64,000 nucleotides of DNA from Macrostomum lignano (lineage: Eukaryota): positions 372,001 to 436,000 of the forward strand of contig NIVC01000713.1 in NCBI GenBank assembly GCA_002269645.1, given 5' to 3'. The number at the start of each line of letters is the position of its first letter. The stretch's first letter is position 1. Shown here one piece after another: positions 12,501 through 25,181 of the stretch. The translations under genes and the position numbers were made by a program. Under the pieces are notes generated by a model. It saw only the letters and a program-made list of their open reading frames with translations, was not told the DNA's origin and did not search any database.

Positions 12501-15500
12501 TATTTCTTTGTCTTTTCCAGTTCCAAATTGCTATTTTGTTAATGCTATTTGCATTTAACATTTCATATATAAAATTTATCTCAAAATTATTTTGTTTGGA
12601 ATAATTATCATTTAGTTTGATCATTTTTGTTAATTTGGTGATGGTCTGCTAATAACCTGTTTTTCTGCTTTTTCTTTTGTTAAATTGTTCTATTTAACTA
12701 ATACATTAGTTAGAAGTAATACCTATGATTATATCTGAAAAAAATAATAATTAAATGATAATGTGTTGTCATTTTCACATGTCTAGGGGTGGGATAATAT
12801 CACATTTTTGAGGCATCAAAGTTTTTTATGTTTATAAAAACTAAATTTAATAATAAATAAAATCACACAAAAATGAGTCTCATTATAACTTTTAAATCAC
12901 TTGCAACACCTGCTGATCTCCCTATTATGGCCAAGGTCTAAATTGCACTAAATGTCCCTCTTTCTAACACTAGATTATACTAGCATACTAGATTGTGCCC
13001 ACACTGCTAGGGGCCAATCTGTTCCAAATGCTGCCTAAAATATAGCCACTGGCTATAATAGGCATAAGGCAATTTTTCATTATAAAAATAAGCTTTATAG
13101 TCATATATATTCAACCCTATGGACCTATATTTAGTTCATAGACACTTTGTCATCTGCTATTTTGTTATCTATTAGAGATTTAGAGATAATAATGTAACAA
13201 CTATTATAGCTGGCAAACATTGTGACATAAACACAAATTGAACATGATTTTATATAACAATATCACCCAACTTGCAGATCTATCATACTCAACTATATAA
13301 AGACTTATTGAGTCAGAGATTTTATCACCTCTATAGGAATTTGCTCACAACCCCATAACTATCATAGTATAAAAGCTTCACTTTGAACATATAATGCTTC
13401 AATTTGAGTAACAAAAAACCAAATTTAGATTTATGCATTTTTGTTTGGAACCTATGAATTTATCAATCACTTTATAAAGTAACTTTGCCTTGGCCTGGTT
13501 TAGCTAATAGCTCTCTAAACTAGCAATCTATTGACTCCCTTTGGGCGCGCGCAATAAGCAAGAAGCAAGGAATATTAATGGAAAACAATTAAAAAAGAAT
13601 ATTTTCTTTTTTAGAACCAATTCTTTCTTCAGTTTTATAAATCACCTTATTCAAGTAAAATTGTCACAGACAAAGGTGTTTGCTATGAATCTTTTTTTCA
13701 AAAATTAATAATAACAAAATATAGTTTTCACAAAGATAATAGACATTCTCCCTAAATAGAAAACATCTCCAAGATAGCAAGCACCCCCTTCCAAGAGTAA
13801 GCAACCACAGATAGCAAGCATCCCCCCAGATAGCAAGTATCCATCAAGATAGCAAATATCTCCCAGATCAAATAGTAAGCATCCCTTAGACAGCAAGCAT
13901 CTACCTAGATAGCAAGCATCCTGCAGACAGCAAGAATCCCAAAATACACTAGTAATCATCCTTGGATAGAAACAATCCCATATATGTAAATACATGTAAC
14001 TAGTACCTCTTTTTCCCAAATAGCAAGTAACCTCTCCCCCTTGAGAGCAAGCATTCCCCTAATAATAAGCACCCCCCCCAAATACAATAATAAGTATCTA
14101 CCCCCTAGATACAATAGCAAGCATCTCCCAGATAGCAAGAATCCACTAGACAGAAAGTGGCTAATGCAAATATTTTTTCCACTAATGCAATAATTGCTTT
14201 TTAGGTTATGCAATAATCTGTCTCAGCTAATGCATTAATATTTTTTGATTCCAGCACAATAATCCACTTCTCAGCTAATGCAATAATCATATTCTAATCT
14301 AATGCAATAATCCTTTACTCATCAAGTGCAAAATTAATGTCTTAGCCGGTGAATTTATCCATTTTTAAGCTAATACAAAAATCCTTGGTTTATCAAGCAC
14401 AGTAATCCTTGGCCTATGAAGTGCAATAATCCTTGGTTCAATAAGTGCAATAATCTTTTGTTTATCAAGTGCAGTAATCCTTGGCTTATCAAGTGCAATA
14501 ATCCTTGGTTAATCAAGCACAGTAATCCTTGGTTTATCCAGCACAATGATCCTTGATTTATCAAGTGCAGTAATCCTTTGTTTATCAAGCGCAATGATCC
14601 TTGGTTTATCAAGCATAGTAATCATTGGTTTATCAAGTGCAATATATTTGGTTTATCAAGCATAGTAAGCCTTAGCTTATCAAGTACAATAATCCCTAGT
14701 TTATCAAGTGCAATAAACCTTGGCTTATCAAATGCAGTAATCCTCAGTTTATCAAGTGTAGTAATCCTTGGTTTATCAAGTGCAATAATCCTTGGTTTAT
14801 CAAGCACAGTAATCTTTAGTTTAGCAAGTGCACTGATCCTTGGTTTATCAAGCATAGTAATCCTTTGTTTATCAAGTGCAATAATCTTTGGTTTATCAAA
14901 TGCAACAATTCTTGGTTTACCAAGTGTAGTATAATCCTTGGTTCATCAAGCGCAGTAATCTAGATCTTTTAAATTTGACCTTTAAATTAAAAGCTTTCAA
15001 TAAAAAATTAGACTACCAAATTTGTAAGTGAATTTGTAGCATTTATAATTCAACACTCACATTAAGTCAGTTAGAATAAGTTACACAAATCAGTTATGAC
15101 AATCAATTTCTTAGGCAAGTCAATATTAGTCTCTATTAAAGTTTATCATATGGTCACGCAATATATATAACAAATATTAAATCAATTTAGCATTTAGCAA
15201 TTTATTAGCCATATTATGTGCCATACATGCCCAACCTCAAAATTTCACCCATCCAGTGCAACTTAGTTTTGTCCAGATTTGCGACTTACCTATGCGCCAT
15301 CACACTGAAAGACCGGGGGGGGGGGGGGGGAGGGGGGATAGCACGCATTGCATGCTTGTGCTCATACATGCGCAACCTTGGGAATCACTCGGCCGTTTCT
15401 ATTGGCAACACACACATGTAAGTCGCTATTGGCTGAGAGCAGTCACGTGACTACTATTCCGTCCAATAGCGACTTACATGTGTGTGTTGCCAATAGAAAC

Positions 15501-18500
15501 GGCCGGGTGAATCCCTAGGTTGCGCCCAAGCATGCTTGTGCTTATTGAAAAATGAAAGTACCTCATTTCTCTTCTCTTTTCCTACCTTCACTCTCTTTCC
15601 CAATTGATTTATCATTCACTTATTTACTTATGCAGTACTAAACTGCATTGTAGCCTATACCCTGTAGGCTATACTCCCTACATACTGTACTGTATGTCTG
15701 GCAAACTAACTTGTATATATACACTCATATATATATATATATATATATATAGGTGTACATTCTTTGAGTCATTATATACTTCACTTAAAGATAGACCTGC
15801 ACCTGACTATATATTGAATCTTGCATATGAAAGGGATGAAAATGGCCATGAAGACTATTCCATCAACTAGTGTCCCCTTTCTGCAGCTGAAGAGCGAAAG
15901 CCCTTCACACGATGGAAACTTGGTCATGTAACTCCTGGAGAAGTTAATGATTGTTGTGGTGCACATTGGATATTAGAAGAAAATTACCAGCAATCTTAAG
16001 TGCAGCCTGGGGGATTAGGTGATAGTGCAGCTGCAGCACATTCAAGGGAACTAGAAGCACCACCATCCCAATGTTCAGCAAGCTCACACAGAGAGGGACT
16101 GTTAATGGCAGTGCATAATCCAGAGGTTGTTGCTTTTAATAGAGATCTATCTATGCAGAATGCAAAAATTGAAATTCATGGTACAGATGCAACGACATTA
16201 CTCTTCTCGAGTAATGTCAGCTGAAAGAGAAGCTGTTTTTGAAATAAAGAAGAAACTAGAAGTCTTGAGACAGAATTTGTACGACGGCGCACTGCTCATA
16301 CTGAACATATTGCTATAGAATCTTGACCATCAATTGATGCTGGTACTGAAGCGCGGATCCAACCACAACACAGGCATTCATTTGGACTCAGATTCGGAGA
16401 CTGAGACTGATGGCCAAAGAAGTGAGAGTCCTCCGAGGAAAATATATATTTGTAGTTTGTCAAAAGGGATTTTGATGAAGTTCAGTCTCATGAAGAGATT
16501 TTGATAGAGTTCATTTTTACGGAGAGGATTTTGATGGGTTTGGCACATTAAATGAGTCAGAGAAGAGAAAGTATAGAGAAGAGTGAACAAAGAGGAGAGA
16601 TGATAGAAAAGAGAGTAGATATGGGAGAAGACAGATTAGAGATGACAGATGGGAGAGAAGAGGAGAGTAAGGTAGGAATGAAGAGGGAGAGAGAAGAGAA
16701 GAGGAGAGAGGAGATGAGAGAGGAGTTATGAGATAGCAGAGAGGAGACAGGAGAGATGAGAGAAGAAAGGAGGGATAAGAGCATACAGCTGAAATAAAAG
16801 AGAGGAGAGAGATGAAAGATCAGAGATGAGAGAGTTAAGAGAAGAAAGTAGTGAGGAGAAAGAAAGAGGGTAAAGGTAAGAGTGCAGAGAGGACAGATGA
16901 AAGATGCGATGAGAAAAGATATGATTGAGAAAATAAGAGAGAGAGAAGAGATTAGAGATTAGAGAAGAGAAGAGACAAAGGGGAGAAGATAGAATCGAGA
17001 TGGTAGAAAGGAAGCAAGAAAGATGGGAGATGAAAAAGGAGAGGGTATACGAGATATGATAAACGAGAGCAGAGAGGAGAGAAAAAAGAGAAGAGAGAGG
17101 GTATAGGAGAGACGATAGATAAGTGAGTAGAGATAAGATATGAGAGAGGAGAGAAGAGGGGAGAAATAAGAGAGAAGAGAGGAGACAGGAGACAAGAGAG
17201 GGTACAGACAAAACACGAGGGAGAAGAGATAACTAAAGAGGTAGAAGAGGAGGGAGAAGAGAGTAACGGCGAGAGTGCAGAGAGGAGACATGAGAGTCTG
17301 AGTCTGGACAATGGAAGTCAGTTTTTGCAAACAGGGAAAACAAGATATGGTATTTGAAAGGCTTTACAGAGGATTTTAAGACGATTTAGAATATGGGATT
17401 CAAGACAACTTAGTTCCTCCTGATTGCGACTTAGTTCCTCCCGATTGCGACTAAGTTCCTCCTGATTGCGACTTAGTTCCTCCCGATTGCGACTTAGTTC
17501 CTCTCAATTGCGACTTAGTTCCTCTTGATTGCGACTTAGTTCCTCTCAATTGCGACTTAGTTCCTCTCGATTGCGACTTAGTTCCTCCCAATTGCGACTT
17601 AGTTCTTCCCGATTGCAACTAAGTTCCTCCCGATTGCAACTTAATTTCACTTTGTAAATGAATTTTCTTGCCTTTTTCTCTTTCTTTCTCCTCTTTCCCC
17701 TTCTCTCTCTTCTCTCCTTTCTTTTCCTTTTCTCTTCTTCTCCTTTCTTTCTTCTCCCAATTTTTTGTTTTTTTGCGTTTTCGATTTTGCGACTTACCTT
17801 GGCCAATGGCCATTTCACCTGACCGGTTTGGATGGGTCGGATGGGTGTTGGGCATGTATGTTATATGCCATAATAGAAAAATTTATAATTGAATAGTGCA
17901 AGTTCAAACAGAATTGGTTAAGCCATTTTTTTCTCTAATTGATCACATAGATACCTACCTACTAACCACTCTAGATCATGTAGTATAGACCCAAAAATTC
18001 AGGTGTGCATAGGCCTGCATACTAAAAATAGGCATACATAGTTGGTATGCATCTTTCTAAAGAAAATAGTATGTGTACATACCTAGCATGCACTTTACAA
18101 AATCATATCAAAGAGTTATTATAAAGAAAAAAAAGTTCATTTTTATTTTAAACATTCTAGGTTTTTTAAGCTTGTTATAAACCATTCAAACAAATCTTTG
18201 CATGTATCAATTTTCTATCCTACAATAAATATTATTGCCAAAAAAGCAGAAAAATAAACCTAATTATCTATTCAAAAAATTTAAATTAAAATAAAAAGTC
18301 ATTTATTGTTATAACCTAAAAAAGGTCATTTATTGTTGCAACACTGGTGTAGTTTTGAGAATGGGCATGCACTCCATTTTTTGGCATGTATTTATAATTA
18401 TTCAATTTTTGTTTAGGTAGGCCTATGCACCCAACATGGTCTGGACAATGGCCTACCAACAAACCATTTTAGTATATAGAAATTAACAAGATCATTGAGT

Positions 18501-19024
18501 TTGAGTGCCTTTATTGGTAAATGACAAAGTGACTAATACTAGGCCTAGGTAGGCCTAATAGATGACAAATTGGTCAGATGACAAAGTGGCAAATGACAAA
18601 ATGTCCAGGAACCTGGCTATGCTATGCCTAGGTAAGCCTAATATATAGATGATAGAATAAATTAAATAGACTCTAACCATTATTGTTGATTGTAATGCAA
18701 TCAAAAATATGCCTAGAATGCTCAAAAGTTCTGATATATTGTAAAACAAATCAAGCCTAGGCCTACCTTTGGATCTTGCTGGTAGTAGAATTGGTGGGTT
18801 CTAATCCATCTGCTGCACAAATGGTCCCAAACAGTATGAGCCAATGAAAGATAATAGTCACGAGGAGTGGCAACATTTCTATCCTTAACTAAAGTGAAAT
18901 GGAGATGTCTGTTAAATGTCTTTTTAATATTAACAACGTTGGCCACTTCAGCAATACCACGAACACTAAGACCCCGTCGTTTCTCAATGTCAGAATCAGA
19001 AGCTGATTCTGAATCGTTAAACAT
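3544..19024 (-). CDS. PYG: Glycogen phosphorylase, complete 8-exon gene (about 844 aa)
   Basis: Exons: 19024-18767, 10458-10174, 9582-9410, 9135-8653, 8034-7858, 6938-6611, 5785-5105, 3693-3544. All have GT/AG ends with consistent phases; total 2535 nt. Motifs: RRGLSVRG (regulatory Ser), [50 protein letters not shown] (PLP lysine), FSSDRTI. Confidence 0.97.
3790..5050. repeat. 27-bp minisatellite (CCCATAATCTACAAATTATCCCAATAT), PYG last intron
   Basis: Tandem units visible; fills most of the intron. Confidence 0.93.
5800..6541. repeat. 33-bp minisatellite (GGTGTGAAGTCACTCTGTAATTAATAATGAAAA), PYG intron 6
   Basis: Tandem units visible, starting within about 15 nt of the acceptor. Confidence 0.93.
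6964..7843. repeat. 28-bp minisatellite GAGGATCTGGGAGGCTGGCCCAGCAACT, PYG intron 5 (family copy 1)
   Basis: About 31 tandem units; the same unit occurs at 44.9 kb and 50.2 kb. Confidence 0.95.
8205..8612. repeat. 33-bp minisatellite (GCAGTTCTGGGTCATCAATGAATTTTGGGTCAT), PYG intron 4
   Basis: Tandem units visible. Confidence 0.9.
9220..9372. repeat. About 46-bp tandem repeat (CGATACATATCGGCTACTATG core), PYG intron 3
   Basis: 3-4 diverged copies. Confidence 0.75.
9680..9890. repeat. Degenerate short tandem repeat (CACAAGCTCGAAATTTC), PYG intron 2
   Basis: Recurring AAGCTCGAAATTTC motifs. Confidence 0.7.
10461..10888. repeat. 71-bp tandem repeat x6 built from the 3' splice-site region of PYG intron 1
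   Basis: Units start at 10461, 10535, 10606, 10677, 10748 and 10819; the first overlaps the exon-2 acceptor. Confidence 0.92.
11150..12450 (+). mobile_element. Degenerate BEL/Pao LTR-retrotransposon pol relic (RNaseH-end/integrase) in PYG intron 1
   Basis: LLRCRGRL-like segment near 11330; integrase core [38 protein letters not shown]; C-terminal KVVLVEG...WKLGVIE; multiple stops and frameshifts; no LTR found. Confidence 0.75.
13750..14150. repeat. Degenerate tandem repeat (AGATAGCAAGCATC core)
   Basis: Recurring AGATAGCAAG motifs. Confidence 0.7.
14370..14960. repeat. 24-bp tandem repeat (ATCCTTGGTTTATCAAGTGCAATA)
   Basis: Tandem units visible. Confidence 0.85.
15363..15534. mobile_element. 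Palindromic non-autonomous DNA transposon (MITE, hAT-like) with 8-bp TSD CTTGTGCT
   Basis: Left end CATACATGCGCAACC; arms of about 63 bp are inverted (15370-15432 and 15463-15525); CTTGTGCT at 15355-15362 and 15535-15542. Confidence 0.82.
16545..17330. repeat. AG-rich low-complexity tract
   Basis: Long purine-only strand (GAGA/GGAG runs). Confidence 0.9.
17405..17642. repeat. 21-bp minisatellite (GCGACTTAGTTCCTCCCGATT)
   Basis: About 11 tandem units. Confidence 0.9.
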
Positions 19025-19628
19025 GGCTCTTTTCACAAACAAGTAAATATTTAGAGTCGCAGCCAAATAATGTACGTTACAGACAAGTGAGCGACCTACC
19101 GAGGACCTTACCGAAATTGCATCAAACCTCGTGACAGGTTGAATTTAAATATTTCTTAGAACAGTTTATCACTGTAATAAATGTTACATAGTTAAGTTAT
19201 TTTACCTAAAATTAAGAAAAGCTACAGACACTAAAAATAATTTACAAGGAACGTATCTTTTTAATGATAGATTACTGCTTCCATCAGTACAGAACAATAA
19301 AATACAAGCAACTGGCTGTTTTAACTTAATTTTTCGGTGTATTTTATTTCCTCGCTCGTGCACTCACAACTGTAAAGTCTTGTCAATTGTCATCGTCGAC
19401 TCGAGGCCTAGTAGAATTTTTTAGTTTCCTTTTATAGCTAACTTCTAAATATATCTAGAATTACTATAAATATCCTATTCGTTTTTAATGTATTAGACAA
19501 TTGTCACCATTTTCCATGAAAACTGCTTAATTGCTTTGAACCTTGAAATGCTTGAATCTGATTAGCTGAACAAATACTTCCGATCCGAAGACCAGTCCAT
19601 ACTTTTTCATAGATAGGCCTAGTCTACG
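19025..19628. promoter_or_regulatory. Candidate bidirectional promoter between PYG (-) and CEP120-like (+)
   Basis: Two start codons diverge about 600 bp apart (19024 on -, 19629 on +). Inferred from geometry only. Confidence 0.55.
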
Positions 19629-22600
19629 ATGTTAGTCGTTGTGTCGCTCCTTTCAGGTCAGTATCTTCTTAAAACAAACATATAATTTTCACCAATTCAT
19701 TTATTTCATGTGTAATCAAATCTGCTCTAGTCGATATGGCCTACTGCACTGGATAAGGATCAGGCATATAATGTAGGGGGCCTAGTAATAGGTCTATATC
19801 TTATGGCTTGTTTGTATTAGACTCTTGGTCCTGATGGTTTTAGCTATACTTACAATTTTATTATAGTGGATTGTTATATTCAGGTTTTTCTCTATAGTGT
19901 AGTGCATAAAATAGATATAAAAATATAAATTTCTCTTGATTGTATAGTATAATAATGAATATTCTATAATAATAAAATAATAAATATAATGTTAGTATTA
20001 TAAATTAATAATGTATGTGGAAAGTCAAGAAAATGAAAGCAAAGGCGAACATTCGCATTTTATCTTTGATAATATGAAATTATGTATTACAAATTACGTT
20101 TATGTAATTTCGTATTATCAAAGATAAAATGTGAATGTTCGCCTTTGCTTTCATTTTTCTGACTTTCCTTAAATAAACAGTGTACCTTACCTGGACTCAA
20201 TAATGTATTTTATAGTAATAAGATAAAAAACTTGTTTTTAATTAATGATATTAATATATGCTTTTTTGAAAATAGTTAAAATTCTTTTAGTATTGTAAAT
20301 TTTAATATTATATAATAAGTTTTTATCATATTACTTTTAAACAAAATTTTATATGCAAAATTATCTCATTATGTAAAAAGTAATATTACATATGTAGTTA
20401 CATTACTTCTTATTTTCAAAAAGTCATTTTCTTGCCAGCAGACAAAATGACCACATATTATAAAACATAAGGGGGGCTATACAAAGATGTAAAGGTTTCT
20501 AAAGCTTTCAAAGTATATAGAAAATAGTTATTAGCCTTACATTGTATTTGACATATTATTAGGGCTAAGTGTCAATAGTTCTAACTCAAAAAAATGGAAG
20601 AAAATATCTCCTCTGTCAATAAATACATTTGATTCAAGTACCAAATAACATATAGACCTTAAAATAAGTAAGAGTTGCTGTTTTATAATTACTTTATCAG
20701 TTGTTTTATCAGTTTAGATTAGCATCCTTTCCTAGCATCGTCTTATCTAAAAGATACTATCTAGGAGGTTTTTATTTGTCTATGTACACAAACCAATAGA
20801 TAAATTCAGGTTGTAGCTTAAGGATTGCATTGTTGATCTTACAATTCAAAAGTTGAGGATTCAATTTTTGACCCACTTGAAAAAGTTTGTGTCCTTGAAT
20901 AAGGTAGTTAATTCTGCATTGCTTCAGTTCACCCAACTTTAAAATGGGTACCTGCATTAGCTGGGGTAATTGAAGGATGTGTGTTGACCCCCAGTCCTTG
21001 GACTGAACAGCCATATGTAGCCTTTAGATGTTCCATTCAAAAGCTACTATGCATCTATTTATCGCATGTGTAATCAATTATTATTATCATTATTATTATT
21101 ATTACTAACAGTTTTATCAGACTAGAATTTTACTGTACAAACAACCTGTTCTTGTTTTTTCTCACTCGAGCAGGCAAGCGATTCCCATATAGGGACACGC
21201 ACAGCTTGCAAGCGGAAGCAAAGTTTGATGGCGAGTTGCTAGCAACAGACCCTATTGAGCACATTGAGAATCCCGAATTTGGGCAAGAGCTGGCCTGGGA
21301 GCTGGACAAGAAGGCCCTCGCCCAGCACCGGTTGCAGCGGGCCAGCATCAAGTTGCTGCTGTATGCGATTGATAAACAGACAACGGCTAAGGAACAGGTT
21401 GGCTACGTGGTGCTGGATGTTCGGTCAGCTGCTCAGTCACCAGCAGCCGCGGTGGCGAAGCCATATCAGCTTTTGCACAGCCGGTGAGTATTGCAGACCA
21501 GAGAGTGGGGTCATCGAACTGCCAGATCCCCATCAGGTTGGTGGGATCACCAACCTAGCGAATTCTATCTAGGTTTCAAAACGTTTCCAGTCATTCGCTG
21601 ATTACTTATAATTATAATAATGTTAATCTTTACCCTTTAAACAAAAATAACACTTTTAGTTACTCCCAGACGCGTCCTGAAATGACCCTAGCTGTGTACA
21701 CTGACGAGAGTGACCAGCAGCAGCAGCAACAGCAGCAACAGCAGTCTGATCAGAAGCAGAAATCAACGAGGCCAATGGCAAATGGCAACGAGTTTGCTGG
21801 TATTTACATAGTGCCTTTGCTGCGTGTAATGCTTAGATGGAGTGGGTTCTGGAAGTGAAGTGTTCGATTATGGTGATGTGGGTGTGAAGAGTGAGGTGGG
21901 TGCAGGGAGTGAGGTGGGCGCAGGGAGTGAGGTGGGCGCAGGGAGTGAGGTGGGCGCAGGGAGTGAGGTGGGCGCAGGGAGTGAGGTGGGCGCAGGGAGT
22001 GAGGTGAGCGCAGGGAGTGAGGTGGGTGCTAGGCAGCAGTTCTCAATAGAAAGCTAGTTATAAAGTGCAAATTTCCTCATCAAGTGCAAAGCGCAGTATC
22101 TTATCTCCTTCCAGACTCCTACGATTACGATGAAGAGGAGTTCGAAGAGGAGCCTGTCGCGGCCGCAGCTAAGGGGCTTGATCACCAACTAAACGGAGAA
22201 GCCGAAGATCGACAACCGGACGCTAAAGATGGCGGAGATGACGGGAAGAGGCCGACTCAACCTGAGCAGCCGCATCCGCCTGCGGGAGTGTCGGAGGCGG
22301 ACATGTACCACGCAGCGATGGAGCTGGAGTTGTGGAAGGAGGCAGCCAAAGAGGCATTCGAGGCCGGTCTGAAGCGGCGCGAGCAGACCCTGGTGATGGC
22401 CTTCGCCAGGGAGTTTCGCAGACGCGACGCAGAGCGAGAAGCGGCTCATAAAAAGCGATCAGCGGAGTATGAGCAGCTTACAGAGAAGTTGCAGGTGCGT
22501 TCAAATTTTAAGTTGTTGTCTCAAATCCCCATACCCCAAAAGTTAGTCCTCAAATTAAGGTCATTAGCTTCCCAGATTCTCAAATCGGTGTCATTAGCTT

Positions 22601-25110
22601 CCCAGATCCTCAAATCGGTGTCATTAGCTTGCCAGCTCCTCAAATCAGTGTCATTAGCTTCCCAGCTCCTCAAATCAGTGTCATTAGCTTCCCAGCTCCT
22701 CAAATCAGTGTCATTAGCTTCCCAGATTCTCAAATCAGTGTCATTAGCTTCCCAGCTCCTCAAATCAGTGTCATTAGCTTCCCAGCTCCTCAAATCAGTG
22801 TCATTAGCTTCCCAGCTCCTCAAATCAGTGTCATTAGCTTCCCAGATTCTCAAATCAGTGTCATTAGCTTCCCAGCTCCTCAAATCAGTGTCATTAGCTT
22901 CCCAGCTCCTCAAATCAGTGTCATTAGCTTCCCAGCTCCTCAAATCAGTGTCATTAGCTTCCCAGCTCCTCAAATCGGTGTCATTAGCTTCCCAGCTCCT
23001 CAAATCGGTGTCATTAGCTTCCCAGATTCTCAAATCGGTGTCATTAGCTTCCCAGCTCCTCAAATCAGTGTCATTAGCTTCCCAGATTCTCAAATCGGGT
23101 CATTAGCTTCCCAGCTGCTCAAATCAGTGTCATTAGCTTCCCAGATTCTCAAATCGGGTCATTAGCTTCCCAGATTCTCAAATCGGGTCATTAGCTTCCC
23201 AGCTCCTCAAATCAGTGTCATTAGCTTGCCAGATGATCAAATTAATCACAAGAAATTGCAAAAATCATACTAAACTTGATTACTTTTTTACCTCATATTT
23301 TCACGGTACCTGTACAATAATGATAAACAATATATATGTGAAATGAAATAATAAATAAATGAATTAATAAATACACGAATACCTTGGCTCTGCTCGTGCA
23401 ATTGACATCCTTGAGGCCCAACCCCCAAGGCACAGTAAAGTGTACATGCCATAACGATAAATAAAATTAGGGTCGCTGTACACTCCCACTCCGTATCCGC
23501 GCGCTTGTGTGCCTGCTCAGAGGGGTCGGCGGAATGGGCAGAAATGGCTCTCACTGGTTGTGTGACAATGTCGCTTAAAGTGCACCACGGTTCATAGCCC
23601 CTGTCTCGAATAAAATAATCAACACACCTCACTCCCTGCACCCATCTCATTCCCTGCACCCGCGTCACTCCCTGCACCCACCTCACTTCATGCACCCACC
23701 TCACTCCCTGCGACCACCTCACTCCCTGCAACCCACCTCACTCCGTGCACCCACCCCACTCCCTGCACCTGCCTCACTCCCTGCACCCACCTCACTCCCT
23801 GCATCCACCTCACTCCCTGCACCCACCCCACTCCCTGCGCCCACCTCACTCCCTGCGACCACCTCACTCCCTGCACCCACCCCACTCCCTGCGCCCACCT
23901 CACTCCCTGCGACCACCTCACTCCCTGCACCCACCCCACTCCCTGCGCCCACCTCACTCCCTGCGACCACCTCACTCCCTGCACCCACCTCACTCCCTGC
24001 GCCCGCCTCACTCCCTGCATCCGCCTCACTCCCTGCACCCATCTCACCCTGCACACCTTGCAGGCCGCAATCGCAGACGTGGAAGAGAAGGAGCGCCGTC
24101 TCGCCAACGGTCAGCGCGACCTGCTCCAACGCCGAGACGACCTACAGCGCCGGCACGACTCCCGACTCAAGGAGCTGCAGGACGCGTCCAACCGGATGCA
24201 GGCCGACTGTCAGCAGCGCATCGAGCTGGAGCGGGCCCGCTGCCGCCAGCTGGAGGAGCAGGTTGCCGCCGCGAAGTCGGCCAGCCACGACTGGGAGCGT
24301 CGCTGGAAGGAGACCGAAGCTGCTTTGAAGCGAATGCGAGACGCGGAGTGCGACCGGCCCGAGGTGAAGCTGCTGCACACGGTCACTAATCTGCAGGTGA
24401 GGCCAACTTCTGCGGGCTTCTCCGCTCTTTTGTGTCTGTCTTCATTTCCGCCCCTCTGCATCAGTCTCCGCCCTGGATTTCCGCTCCCCTCTGCATCAGT
24501 CTCCGCCCTGGATTTCCGCTCCCCTCTGCATCAGTCTCCGCCCTGGATTTCCGCTCCCCTCTGCATCAGTCTCCGCCCTGGATTTCCGCTCCCCTCTGCA
24601 TCAGTCTCCGCCCTGGATTTCCGCTCCCCTCTGCATCAGTCTCCGCCCTGGATTTTCTCAGCTTTTTCTGGTCTCCATCGCTGCCTTAGTTTCCGCTCAC
24701 TCTTTCGTGTAAATTCCGATATCCGCTGCCCCCCCCCCGTGTCCAAACCGCAACCAATTCTCGTCCGCCATCCGCTCGCCCAATCCAGCTGGAGAAAAGC
24801 GAGCTGGAGCGCCGTCTGGAGCAGGCACAGCGGGCCAAGCAGCAGTACAAGCAGCAGCTGGGCCGCTGCCTTAAAGAGCTGGCCGCATCCAGGCAGCGGG
24901 AGCAGGCCGCGCAGTCTGCGGCTCTGCAGCGACAGCAGACGGAGCTGGAGCACATGCGGCTGCGCTATCTGGCAGCTGAGGAACAGGTGAGTGCGGAGAG
25001 GTTCATAAATATTGAGAGTTGAGTTGGATGGACTGGCGGATCGACAGATTGGTGATTAGGCTTATAAAATACAGGACACAGTTGACACAGTCAGACAGAC
25101 AGAAACTAAT

Positions 25111-25181
<71 letters not shown>

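Noticed and set aside
22495-23165. C-terminal extension of ORF 22084-23106 ([10 protein letters not shown])n
   Set aside because: A strong donor CAG|GTGCGT at 22494 joins in phase to exon 5; the extension is intronic repeat.
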